Below the pieces are notes generated by a model. It worked only from the letters and a program-made list of their open reading frames with translations, was not told where the DNA came from and did no database searches. A stretch of DNA of 42,822 bases from Anaerolineales bacterium. Lineage in GTDB: Bacteria; Chloroflexota; Anaerolineae; Anaerolineales; UBA4823. The position numbers and the translations under genes are program-made. The stretch is from positions 1 to 42,822 of the forward strand of contig DATCIL010000401.1 in NCBI GenBank assembly GCA_036507795.1, read 5' to 3'. The first letter of the stretch is position 1, and each line of letters starts with the position of its first letter. Positions 24,449-33,033 of the stretch are shown one piece after another.

Positions 24449-25683
24449 AACGGCTCGATATCCTTCTCAAAGATCGCGTCCCAGGTGTATTGCTGCCGGA
24501 CCTGCCGCCGGAGGTGATAGATTTTATCTGCATCCACCCACTCCAAAATTAGGGCGGCAATCTCGGCGGGATCAGCCTCGGCGTCGATAATTTTGACATT
24601 TTCACCGCCGATCTCCTCCGCTGCCGGAACCGGCGTGCTGACAACCGGGATGCCAACCAGACCGGCTTCCAACACCGGCATTCCGAATCCCTCACGGTGG
24701 CTGGGCATAAACATCAGGTCGCTTACTCGAAAGAGATCGCCCACCGTCTTCATCTCGATAAAAAAGGGCTTATCGGGATCAGGGCCGGATTCGAAGACGA
24801 AGTGCACTTCCCGGTCCACGCCCAGCTCATGGCGCAGCGCTTTCAAGGAATCAAAATACTTCATGTTTTCAGCATCATGGGGATCGGGCGGACCGGTCAG
24901 CACCAACTTGGGAGGGGTATTTTTTTCTTTTAAGGCCGCGACGACTTTTAGCGCCAGCTCGATATTCTTCGCATGGGTGACCCGTACCGGCATCAGCATG
25001 TTCAAATCGCTATCCAGCATGCCCAACCTCCTGATTAGCCTGTAGCCCGCCTCGGTGAGCCCAAGAGTCTCCTTGGGGTCGACGCCATTGTAAACAACCT
25101 TGATTTCCTCCAGCGGGCAGCCTAAAAGATCGGCCAGGGTTCGTTTCCTGCGCTCAGATACCACTACATAGGTTACGTCACGCCGGTAGGTTTTTAAAAG
25201 GTCCCACGGATAACGGTCGTAAACTTTGGAGCCCGAGCTGGGGCTGCTCCAGGTGAAATCATGGCACCAGGCGATACAGTTTTTGATGGTTCCGCGTTCC
25301 AAAAGGCGGAAGAGGGCTGCTGTCAGCGGCAAGTTGAAATGCTTGGTGAAGACATTATGGACAAAGCAACGGTCGTATCTTTCTAGATTCGGTTTCAGTG
25401 TTTCCGTAATCCTGGCGGTCATTTCTTCGAAACCGGAAGGCAACCTGCCCACTTCCAGGGATTTGTTCATTTCAATGATTTCCGGATGTTGGGAATCGAG
25501 TTCCGGGATCAACTGGAGATCAACCCCCTGCGGGAAATAGGCCTCTTCGCCCTGCCCGGCAATTACGCCGACGGGATAGCCGCGCATGACCAGTAGATTG
25601 ACATGCGCGGCGATGACATTCTCCACGCCACCGACAACGGGAGGCGCTGAATAATGGAGGATGCCGATCTTCGGTTTGTTCAT
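24427..25683 (-). CDS. GT4-family (GT-B fold) glycosyltransferase
   Basis: N-terminal G-rich HYSAPPVVGGVENVI, and a C-terminal E-x7-E type region (MPSHREGFGMPVLEAGLVGIPVV). Its ATGA start overlaps the otsA stop. Confidence 0.85.
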   Translation of the reverse strand: MNKPKIGILHYSAPPVVGGVENVIAAHVNLLVMRGYPVGVIAGQGEEAYFPQGVDLQLIPELDSQHPEIIEMNKSLEVGRLPSGFEEMTARITETLKPNLERYDRCFVHNVFTKHFNLPLTAALFRLLERGTIKNCIAWCHDFTWSSPSSGSKVYDRYPWDLLKTYRRDVTYVVVSERRKRTLADLLGCPLEEIKVVYNGVDPKETLGLTEAGYRLIRRLGMLDSDLNMLMPVRVTHAKNIELALKVVAALKEKNTPPKLVLTGPPDPHDAENMKYFDSLKALRHELGVDREVHFVFESGPDPDKPFFIEMKTVGDLFRVSDLMFMPSHREGFGMPVLEAGLVGIPVVSTPVPAAEEIGGENVKIIDAEADPAEIAALILEWVDADKIYHLRRQVRQQYTWDAIFEKDIEPLLMKREA

Positions 25684-27167
25684 TTAATCAACTCGCTAAC
25701 CGCCGCAAATTGGTTGCACATCCAATCCGTGATATCATCGCGTTCGATGATTTCTACCAGCTCCATGTGGCGCTCTTTCCTTTCCTCAAGGGGCATAGTC
25801 AGGGCTTCGTGCATGGCTTCAGCCGTGGCATAAACATCGCAGGGAGAGATCACGATAGCGCCTTCGCCGAGCTGTTGGGTGGCGCCGGCCCGTTCGGATA
25901 GGATGAGGACGCCGTCCTTGCGATTGACGATCGGACCTTCTTTAGCGACCAGGTTCATGCCATCGGCTATGGCGTTGATCAGGAGCACATCGTAAAGTTG
26001 CATCGCCGCGACTGCCCGGGGATAACTTTCGCTGGTGAACAGGCGCACGGGCTCCCATTCGCTATCGCCGAAGTTGGCGTTGATGCGCCCTGCTGCAGCC
26101 ATTAATTCATCCAGATAATCTTGATATTCGTCCACTTCCAGCCTCGAAGGCGCCAAAAAGGCCACGAACTTCACCTTTCCGCGGTGTTCTGGGTGCAGTT
26201 CCAGCAGCTCCTCGAAGGCGATAAATCCGCGGATGATATTCTTACTGGGTTCTATGCGGTCGATCCTCAGGATTAGTCTGCAATCTTCCAGGATATCCTC
26301 GACCTCGGCTTTGAAAGCTTTTGCTTCGCTGCTCTTGGCCATCTCTCGGAGGGCGTTAATATCAATCGAGATAGGAAAATCTCTCACGTGAGCGATGTGA
26401 TCCCGGTGCTCCACCCAACCTTCCTTGTAGTTAATTTCGGCTTTGGGGAGGTAGTTTTCACAGGTGCGCAGGAAGTTCAAACCGTCTTCGCGAGTCTGAA
26501 AACCAAGCAGGTCGACAGCGCACAAAGAGCCGATAATCGGCTGGCGCATGGCAGGCGGCAGGATGCCCCAATACTCCGGCCCGGGCCAGGGAATATGCAC
26601 GAAATGGATGGTGGTTGGGCGAGCCTCCGTGGGAATCAGATCGCTGAGGAAACGCCCGACCATGTAAAGATGATAATCCTGCAGCATAACCAGAGCGGGT
26701 TTTTGAATCGCCTGCAGATGTTCGGCGATCCGCTCCGCGAACTGGCGGTTAATCGTCAGGTATCCCTCTTCCCAGGCCTGCCATGTCGCCCGGCTGATGA
26801 TCGGCACGCGGGGAAGATCCCACATGGAATGTTGCAGGAACCATAATAACGGGTTTGCTATCACATTGTAGTAGCCTTCGTACGCCCGCGGGTCCGGAGA
26901 GATAAACTTCACCCGGATGGTGTGTTCATCCCCTGATAAGGGAATTACGCCCTCTTTCCATTCCCTGTCCTCCTCCGTTTGGGCAGAGGCGATCCAGGTG
27001 GCATCGATTTGCCGGGCTACACCGGTCAAGGCAGTCACCAGACCCCCGCTGCCCCGCTCATATTCTAAATCCCCTGCGTCATTTCGGTGAATAGTGATGG
27101 GTCCCCGGTTTGAAGCAATGATGAGAGCGCGCCGAGTTTGGATCAGGTCATCCAAACAATCAATCAT
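25680..27167 (-). CDS. otsA: Alpha,alpha-trehalose-phosphate synthase (GT20, OtsA-like)
   Basis: SNRGP, GSGGLVTAL, LQDYHLY, VHIPWP, IDRIEPSKNI and ADGMNLVAKEG are all canonical GT20 blocks. Confidence 0.9.
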   Translation of the reverse strand: MIDCLDDLIQTRRALIIASNRGPITIHRNDAGDLEYERGSGGLVTALTGVARQIDATWIASAQTEEDREWKEGVIPLSGDEHTIRVKFISPDPRAYEGYYNVIANPLLWFLQHSMWDLPRVPIISRATWQAWEEGYLTINRQFAERIAEHLQAIQKPALVMLQDYHLYMVGRFLSDLIPTEARPTTIHFVHIPWPGPEYWGILPPAMRQPIIGSLCAVDLLGFQTREDGLNFLRTCENYLPKAEINYKEGWVEHRDHIAHVRDFPISIDINALREMAKSSEAKAFKAEVEDILEDCRLILRIDRIEPSKNIIRGFIAFEELLELHPEHRGKVKFVAFLAPSRLEVDEYQDYLDELMAAAGRINANFGDSEWEPVRLFTSESYPRAVAAMQLYDVLLINAIADGMNLVAKEGPIVNRKDGVLILSERAGATQQLGEGAIVISPCDVYATAEAMHEALTMPLEERKERHMELVEIIERDDITDWMCNQFAAVSELIK

Positions 27168-27172
27168 TTGTC

Positions 27173-28948
27173 TTAGTTCTCCACGTCTCCCTTAAGGCTG
27201 GCCTGGATTGCCAGGTCAATGAAGACTGCGGCAGTCCAGCCGAAGATATCGGCCGCCTTGGGGGGAGGTTCGCCGGTCTCGGCGTTATAGTACTCGTAAA
27301 TGCTCGGGTGTTTCATGACTAAATTAAGCGTTTTTTCGGCTAGCTCATCGGCCAGATCTGGTCTGCCAACCTGGCGCAGCGCTTCGATAAAGAAATAATT
27401 GATGTTGGCCCAAACGGGGCCGCGCCACATCGTTTCCGGATCGTAGTGCGGGTCGTTGCGCGCTACCGATGGGATGGCGTAATTGCCCCAGAACTCCTCA
27501 GGATTGGTCAGATGGTCGATCAGGCGGTCGCGAATGTGGTCGGGAAGTTGACCGGTCCAGAGCGGGTACAGGTTGAACGGAGTGAGGACCGGAATGGGTT
27601 CTTCATTGTGCAATGCTCGAAAAACGCCCGCCTCTTCATCCCAGAAATCCTCGATCATGCGGCGCACCATGGCTGCTGCTCGGCGGCGCCACATGCCGCC
27701 TTCGACTTCCATCCCTAACGTTTCTGCGATAACGGCCAGCGAGCCCATTTGCACGCATAGATAAGTATTAAGATCGGGCGATTCCACCGGCATACCATAA
27801 TCCCAGAGAGGGTTATCGTCCAGACCGGAAGAATAGGGGTGGTTGTACTGGACCAGGCCGTCGGCATCGTCATCATTCATCGCAAACCACCAGGCATTCC
27901 AGCGCACCAAAGGGATGTAGATTTGCTCCAAGAACTTTGGATCCGGGTCGCTCTCCTGCAGTTTCAGCGCCGCCCAGGCAAGAATCGGTGGCTTGGTGAC
28001 CTCGGCGCGGATGGGGTGCTCGATCTCGGAAATGATTCCTTCGTCGTAAACGGCGTCGGGCAGCATGCCATCAGGTAACTGGCAATCAATCATCGACAGG
28101 ATTTGATTGCGGGCTAACTCGGGGTCGCAATGGCGGTAGGCCAGGGCGTGAATGGCGCTGTCCCACAGCCATAGGCCCACGTACTGGACCTTGGAGGGCA
28201 TCATGGCCTCATAAATAACCCGACCTTGCGGGCTGATCAGGTTGCTGGCCATGATCCACCAGGCGTAAGCATAGGTACGCGCGTACTTCTCGGCTACTGG
28301 CGGTACGCATTCGAACCACCTCTGCCAGCGCCCCTCGGCCAGCGCTGCCGATTCGGAGAACGGCTTGGCTTCAAACAACGGATCCAGCACCTCACCGATG
28401 GAGATTGTGATGGCGCTATCGTTGCTGGCCTTGACAATGAACTCCACCGTGTACCCTCCTTCATCGGGGATGATCTGGTTCAGGGTAGTCTCTCCGTTAG
28501 TATCATAGGCCAGGTTGCGGATCGCCTTGAATACGCCTCCGCTCTGAGTTTCCCGCCAGAACTGGGGAGAAACGTGAAAACGGAGGCCAGCGGTCTCGCC
28601 GGGCGGCAAGCCAAAAGACATCGTCCGGCGATCCTGGAAGACCAGACCAATCTCGCCGATTTTGGTTTTGAAATGGAGGATATGAGGATAGGAGGTGATC
28701 TCGAAATTGAGTGGATTGCCATCAGCGTCGAGGAAGGTAAGGTCCCGAATGTAGGGAGGTCTTTTCAGATAGGCCTCAATGTTGGGCTCGATGATCGTCA
28801 GCCTTTCCGCCAGCTTAACGTAGAGGCGCTGCTTGCCGGGGTGCTGGTGGATCAGCAACCGGGAGCCACGGTCACTGAAGGGGACCTTGGTAAGATCAAT
28901 TCGGTTTCTAAGCAAGTTAAGATTCGGTTTGGTTAGATTAGCTGCCAT
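27173..28948 (-). CDS. (alpha/alpha)6-barrel glycoside hydrolase, GH63/GH37-clan-like (trehalase or glucosyl/mannosyl-glycerate-hydrolase type)
   Basis: LWLWDSAIHA, GLDDNPLWD, RGPVWANINYF and YEYYNAETGEP...FGWTAAVF resemble GH63/trehalase-clan motifs. An N-terminal beta-domain of about 200 aa precedes them. I see no signal peptide. Confidence 0.75.
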   Translation of the reverse strand: MAANLTKPNLNLLRNRIDLTKVPFSDRGSRLLIHQHPGKQRLYVKLAERLTIIEPNIEAYLKRPPYIRDLTFLDADGNPLNFEITSYPHILHFKTKIGEIGLVFQDRRTMSFGLPPGETAGLRFHVSPQFWRETQSGGVFKAIRNLAYDTNGETTLNQIIPDEGGYTVEFIVKASNDSAITISIGEVLDPLFEAKPFSESAALAEGRWQRWFECVPPVAEKYARTYAYAWWIMASNLISPQGRVIYEAMMPSKVQYVGLWLWDSAIHALAYRHCDPELARNQILSMIDCQLPDGMLPDAVYDEGIISEIEHPIRAEVTKPPILAWAALKLQESDPDPKFLEQIYIPLVRWNAWWFAMNDDDADGLVQYNHPYSSGLDDNPLWDYGMPVESPDLNTYLCVQMGSLAVIAETLGMEVEGGMWRRRAAAMVRRMIEDFWDEEAGVFRALHNEEPIPVLTPFNLYPLWTGQLPDHIRDRLIDHLTNPEEFWGNYAIPSVARNDPHYDPETMWRGPVWANINYFFIEALRQVGRPDLADELAEKTLNLVMKHPSIYEYYNAETGEPPPKAADIFGWTAAVFIDLAIQASLKGDVEN

Positions 28949-29029
28949 TCACCTTCCGTTCATTTGTTTTTATAGGTTTTTTGAGGGGGTTGCAAAAATT
29001 TCCATTTGGATTGTACCATAATGCCCTTT

Positions 29030-30787
29030 TCACCTTGTGACCACGAATGCGGGTGAAGTCGCCTCGACGGCCGGAGCCTGGGTCGTGGCTATGACAGCCA
29101 CCCATCCTTGGTTGGTCTCGGCAGTTTCAGGAATGGATAATTGTGAGGATAAGGTGCCGTTAATGTCCGTCACTGTGCTTTCAACGACCTCCAGGCTCTC
29201 ACCTACCCTTCCCAACCTGATCTCCACCGGCGTGTATTCCGGGAAACCAGCGCCAACGATGAAGAAGGTCGAACCCGGCGGCCCTTCCTGCGGCCAAATC
29301 GTCACCAGCGCACCTTCGGCTGGCTCCTGGCTGGTGACCGTGAAAAATCCCGAGGTAGCTCTGATCTCAAACCGGCCGGGTCTGGCGATGGCCACGACCA
29401 ACCAGCGCTCATTAGGCCGGGCATTGATCGGGATGCTCACCTGGGTGGTGAAGTTGCCATTGTCGCCGGTGAGCCCGGTTTCGACCACTTCAAAATCCGT
29501 GCTGCTTTTCCCCACCCCGATCTCGATGCGTGTGTTGCCTGGAAAATTGGTCGCCTCTACCCTGAGTTCGGTACCCAGCGGGCCCGAGGTGGGCGTGATG
29601 GTCACCGCTTCTACCTGCCCGGGGATCCTCAAGCGTTGACCGACGATCAGCTGGTTCGGATTGGCAATATCGGGATTGGCAGCTAAGAGCGTCTGAGTTG
29701 ATACGCGAAAGCGGGCGGCGATGTCGATGAGCATGTCGCCGGGTTGCACAATGTAAGTGGTGGCTACACCAGCGCCCGCCGCCCTGCTTACGGTGAAGAT
29801 GTTTGAGGACGACCTGATTCGAGGTTCATCCACCGTCTCAACAATCACTACCCAGGGTTCGTTGCGCCGGGCGGTTTCCGGAATGGTTACTTCGGTTTCC
29901 AGTTGGCCCTGTCCATCGGTGATATCACGGGCGACGACCTCTTGTTCTCCCCGGAAGATACCGGCGCTGATGGTTACCCGAGCATTAGGTGGAAAATCGC
30001 TCACCACCACTTCGACCTCGCTGCCTGCCGGTCCGCAAGTGGGAGAAATGGCGACCGTTGGATCCCCCTCGGCCGGGGATGGTACGATCAACCTCTGCCC
30101 GACGTAGATCAGGCTAGGATCCGTGATTTCAGGGTTCGCTTCGATCAGGGCAGAGATGGTCGTATCCAGCCGAGAAGCAATACTCCGCAGAGTATCACCT
30201 GGCTGGACGATATAGGTCGTCGTAGCTCCCCGCGGCGCCTCGCTGGTAACAAAGAAGGGATTCGAGGCGACTTCCAGCCTGGGCCCACCTGTTCTGGCGA
30301 TCGCAACAATGATCCAGTTCTCGTTGGGCCGGGCAGTTCTCGGAATGGTTTCTACTGTCTCAAACCTTCCATTGGCATTGGCTCTCAGTCTCTCGACCTG
30401 GTCAAAGTCCACCGCCGGCGCGAACTGTTCGCCGATCTCCAGCTCAATGATGGCGTTCGAAGGGAAACTGCTCCCCACCACGCGCACTTCTGTGGCCGGC
30501 GAACCGCAATCAGGGAAGATTGAGACCAGAGGCTGTGCCGCTGGCTCTTCAGGCGAAGGGATATTCAGGCGCTGCCCAACAAAAAGCCTGGTTGGATCGG
30601 TGATTCCAGGATTTGCCGCCCGGAGGGCGTCAACGGTTGTCTCGCAGAAAGCTGCGATGCTGCCCAGGGTATCGCCTGGTTGGACGACGTAAGTTTCCCC
30701 ACAGGGTCCCTGGGCCGCGGCGCGGGGCGCTGTCCCGAACAAATACAACAGGATGGCGAGGAGCAGAATCGTTCTGGCGAGTCTCAT
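29030..30787 (-). CDS. Secreted modular wall-binding protein: 3 LysM domains alternating with 4 Ig-like/beta-sandwich modules
   Basis: Signal peptide MRLARTILLLAILLYLFGTAPRAAAQ. Three copies of Y(V/I)VQPGD(T/M)L..IA.......L..ANP.I.(D/N)P..(L/I).VGQRL.(I/V)P. Four modules of about 95 aa end in F(F/T)V(T/S). The track ORF extends to 30826. Confidence 0.88.
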   Translation of the reverse strand: MRLARTILLLAILLYLFGTAPRAAAQGPCGETYVVQPGDTLGSIAAFCETTVDALRAANPGITDPTRLFVGQRLNIPSPEEPAAQPLVSIFPDCGSPATEVRVVGSSFPSNAIIELEIGEQFAPAVDFDQVERLRANANGRFETVETIPRTARPNENWIIVAIARTGGPRLEVASNPFFVTSEAPRGATTTYIVQPGDTLRSIASRLDTTISALIEANPEITDPSLIYVGQRLIVPSPAEGDPTVAISPTCGPAGSEVEVVVSDFPPNARVTISAGIFRGEQEVVARDITDGQGQLETEVTIPETARRNEPWVVIVETVDEPRIRSSSNIFTVSRAAGAGVATTYIVQPGDMLIDIAARFRVSTQTLLAANPDIANPNQLIVGQRLRIPGQVEAVTITPTSGPLGTELRVEATNFPGNTRIEIGVGKSSTDFEVVETGLTGDNGNFTTQVSIPINARPNERWLVVAIARPGRFEIRATSGFFTVTSQEPAEGALVTIWPQEGPPGSTFFIVGAGFPEYTPVEIRLGRVGESLEVVESTVTDINGTLSSQLSIPETAETNQGWVAVIATTQAPAVEATSPAFVVTR

Positions 30788-30883
30788 ATGGGTCGGATCT
30801 CTGGTCGTCGTGTCTCGATAGCTCAATTTTATCTCTATTTCGCCCTTCCCGCTGTGTCATCCATGTCAACCGCACGGAAAAAT

Positions 30884-30904
30884 ACGGATTACGAGTTACG
30901 GATT
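30884..30904. repeat. Heptamer tandem repeat, ACGRNTT x3
   Basis: acggatt acgagtt acggatt. Confidence 0.75.
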
Positions 30905-31215
30905 ATGCTCTACTATGGAGTAAGAATCCGCCCAGCCCACCTTGATAAGGGGAGAGCAGAGCACTACGATCGAGAATTTGCCCGTACCAGATATCCAGAT
31001 ACAACTGGCAGATACAAGTTTCGATACATATTGTTTTGTTGGAGGTAATTTGCCCCAGGTTTGGTTAAAATACTCCGAAATTAGATCTATAGTGTATTAA
31101 TTGGGTATTTAGCATTAAGATATGGCTAAGGTTTTCCTTAAACAGTAACAAGATGGTCATTTCGTCGTATTAACTCATAGGGGAATTACCTGGTTTTCCA
31201 CGAAAGAGTTTCCTG

Positions 31216-32127
31216 ATGCTTGATCTAATTCTCCGATTTCGTAAATGGTTTGCCGATGTGCATCCTGGGCGGCTCACCCAGAGGTGGTTGAGGCCTGGGA
31301 GTATCATTGCATTTGTGGTGATTTTGATCGTCGGGATAAACGCGATCACCGGTTCCAGAGAGGAGACTCAGGCTGCCCCAGGTTCTGGCGCACTATCACC
31401 AGATATGTCGAATTTGCCTTATGATTTTCAATTTATCGGTCAAGGTCGCGTCACTGCAGGCTCAGAGGAAGTGTGGGTCATTGGTGGGATTCCAATCCAC
31501 GTGGAGGACCGTACCCAGCTGATGAGCACCTTCCACGTCGGGGATTTCGTCTCCCTCTCAGGTCGCATACTGGATAATGATGTCTGGCTTGCGGATAGAA
31601 TCGAGTTAAGTGAGGAGAAGAGTTCTCACTATACCTTCAACAGCCCGCTCGACTGGGTGCGAGGAAGCATCTGGCGCATCGGCGGTCATTCCCTTTTCGT
31701 TGATTTGCGGACTGAGCTGGGAACTAATCTCGCCTCCAGTGAGGTCCTCCTGGCAACTTTTACCGTTCATGAGAGTGGTGCCTGGCAAGCTTTGGAGATT
31801 AGAGCCTTTGATCCAGTCGTTTTTGAACCAACACCTACATCCAGCCCGACTTTAACACCCGCAGAATCGACGCGTAAAGTCAATCCTACGTCCACCATAA
31901 AGCCTGCTTCTGGTGAGCGCAACGATGGAGGGGACGATGGGTATGAATATAAAGACGGGGGTGACGATGGTGGAGATGAGCGTGGTGATGATAAACGTGA
32001 TGAAAAGGACAAAGGGGAACACGACGATGACGATGGTGAAGACGAGCAAGGTGATGACGAACATGATGATAAGGATGAAGGCGAAGACGATGATGACGAT
32101 GATGACGATGGTGACGACGACGATTAA
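31216..32127 (+). CDS. N-terminally anchored protein with two DUF5666-like beta domains and a ~65-aa poly-Asp/Glu tail
   Basis: TM segment IIAFVVILIVGINAI. Two repeats of the form W.IGG..(I/L).V...T.L......GD...... P/T linker. The tail is NDGGDDGYEYKDGGDDGGDERGDD...DDDDDDDDGDDDD. Confidence 0.8.
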   Translation: MLDLILRFRKWFADVHPGRLTQRWLRPGSIIAFVVILIVGINAITGSREETQAAPGSGALSPDMSNLPYDFQFIGQGRVTAGSEEVWVIGGIPIHVEDRTQLMSTFHVGDFVSLSGRILDNDVWLADRIELSEEKSSHYTFNSPLDWVRGSIWRIGGHSLFVDLRTELGTNLASSEVLLATFTVHESGAWQALEIRAFDPVVFEPTPTSSPTLTPAESTRKVNPTSTIKPASGERNDGGDDGYEYKDGGDDGGDERGDDKRDEKDKGEHDDDDGEDEQGDDEHDDKDEGEDDDDDDDDGDDDD

Positions 32128-32141
32128 CGACTAAAAAGTCT

Positions 32142-32996
32142 ATGTCTGGATTAATTTCTGCGATTTCAAATCGAATAAAAAACCGATTTCAGTCGGGCGG
32201 GATAAGACCAGGCTTGATATTTGCCGCAATCGTGATAATGGCATTCGTCATGGCCGCTTTTATCCAGAACGACCCGATAAATAGTCCAAATGACGCTCAA
32301 AACGTCGCTCTGGCACAGGATGATCCCACCCTGCGTCCAGATTTTCAGTTTATCGGTCAGGGACGGATCACTGGGGGCACAGAAAGCACCTGGATTATTG
32401 GCGGCATCCCAATCAATTTGGATGAGCACACCCAGCTGATGAGCGATTTGCATGCAGGTGATTTCGTCACTTTAACCGGTCGTATTGTGCAAGATGGCAC
32501 CTGGCTGGCAGATCGAATTGAGTTGACCCAGGAGAATGAATCCTTTTTTACATTTAATGGCCGGCTAGATTGGATGCGAGGAAGCGTCTGGCGTATCGGC
32601 GGTCACTCACTTTTGGTTAACTTAATAACCGAACTGGGTAGCAACCTCGGGATTGGGGATACACTCATGGCGACCTTTTCAGTGTTGGAGAACGGCGCCT
32701 GGTTAGCATACAAGATCGTTGCTTTTGATAAGTTCCCTCCAACCCCGACGCCAACGCCGATGCCAACCGCAACCCCTACCGAAGCCCCACAACCTACATC
32801 TATCCCTGAATCCCAACCAGAAATTAAACCTGCAAATAAGCCTGGGCCAGCCTCAAAACCGAAAAACTCAACTTCCGGCAGCGTTACAGTTTGCCATAAT
32901 CCGGGGAATAAAAAAGGCGGCAAGACGATTACCCTGGAACAATCAGCATTACAGGGTCATTTGAATCATGGTGATACCATGGGTCCCTGCCCCTGA
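32142..32996 (+). CDS. Paralog of the preceding gene, with a Pro/Thr linker and a C-terminal Cys/His motif instead of the acidic tail
   Basis: The core is collinear and roughly 60% identical by eye (DFQFIGQGR.T.G.E..W.IGGIPI....HTQLMS..H.GDFV.L.GRI..D..WLADRIEL). The tail is VTVCHNPGNKKGGKTITLEQSALQGHLNHGDTMGPCP. Confidence 0.8.
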   Translation: MSGLISAISNRIKNRFQSGGIRPGLIFAAIVIMAFVMAAFIQNDPINSPNDAQNVALAQDDPTLRPDFQFIGQGRITGGTESTWIIGGIPINLDEHTQLMSDLHAGDFVTLTGRIVQDGTWLADRIELTQENESFFTFNGRLDWMRGSVWRIGGHSLLVNLITELGSNLGIGDTLMATFSVLENGAWLAYKIVAFDKFPPTPTPTPMPTATPTEAPQPTSIPESQPEIKPANKPGPASKPKNSTSGSVTVCHNPGNKKGGKTITLEQSALQGHLNHGDTMGPCP

Positions 32997-33033
32997 TTTT
33001 GAGGCGCAAATTTATAACCTCCTGGCTTGAATT

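Noticed and set aside
29010-29018. Extended -10-like TGGTACAAT (minus strand) upstream of the GH-otsA operon
   Set aside because: It is plausible, but the -35 element is poor and the A/T-rich spacer offers several equally good hexamers. I did not report it as a feature.
31852-32134. ORFs 31852-32064 (minus) and 31913-32134 (plus, alternative frame)
   Set aside because: Both are frame artefacts of the GAT/GAC triplet tract that encodes the acidic tail. Their products are monotonous I/V/T/F or M/T/V strings.
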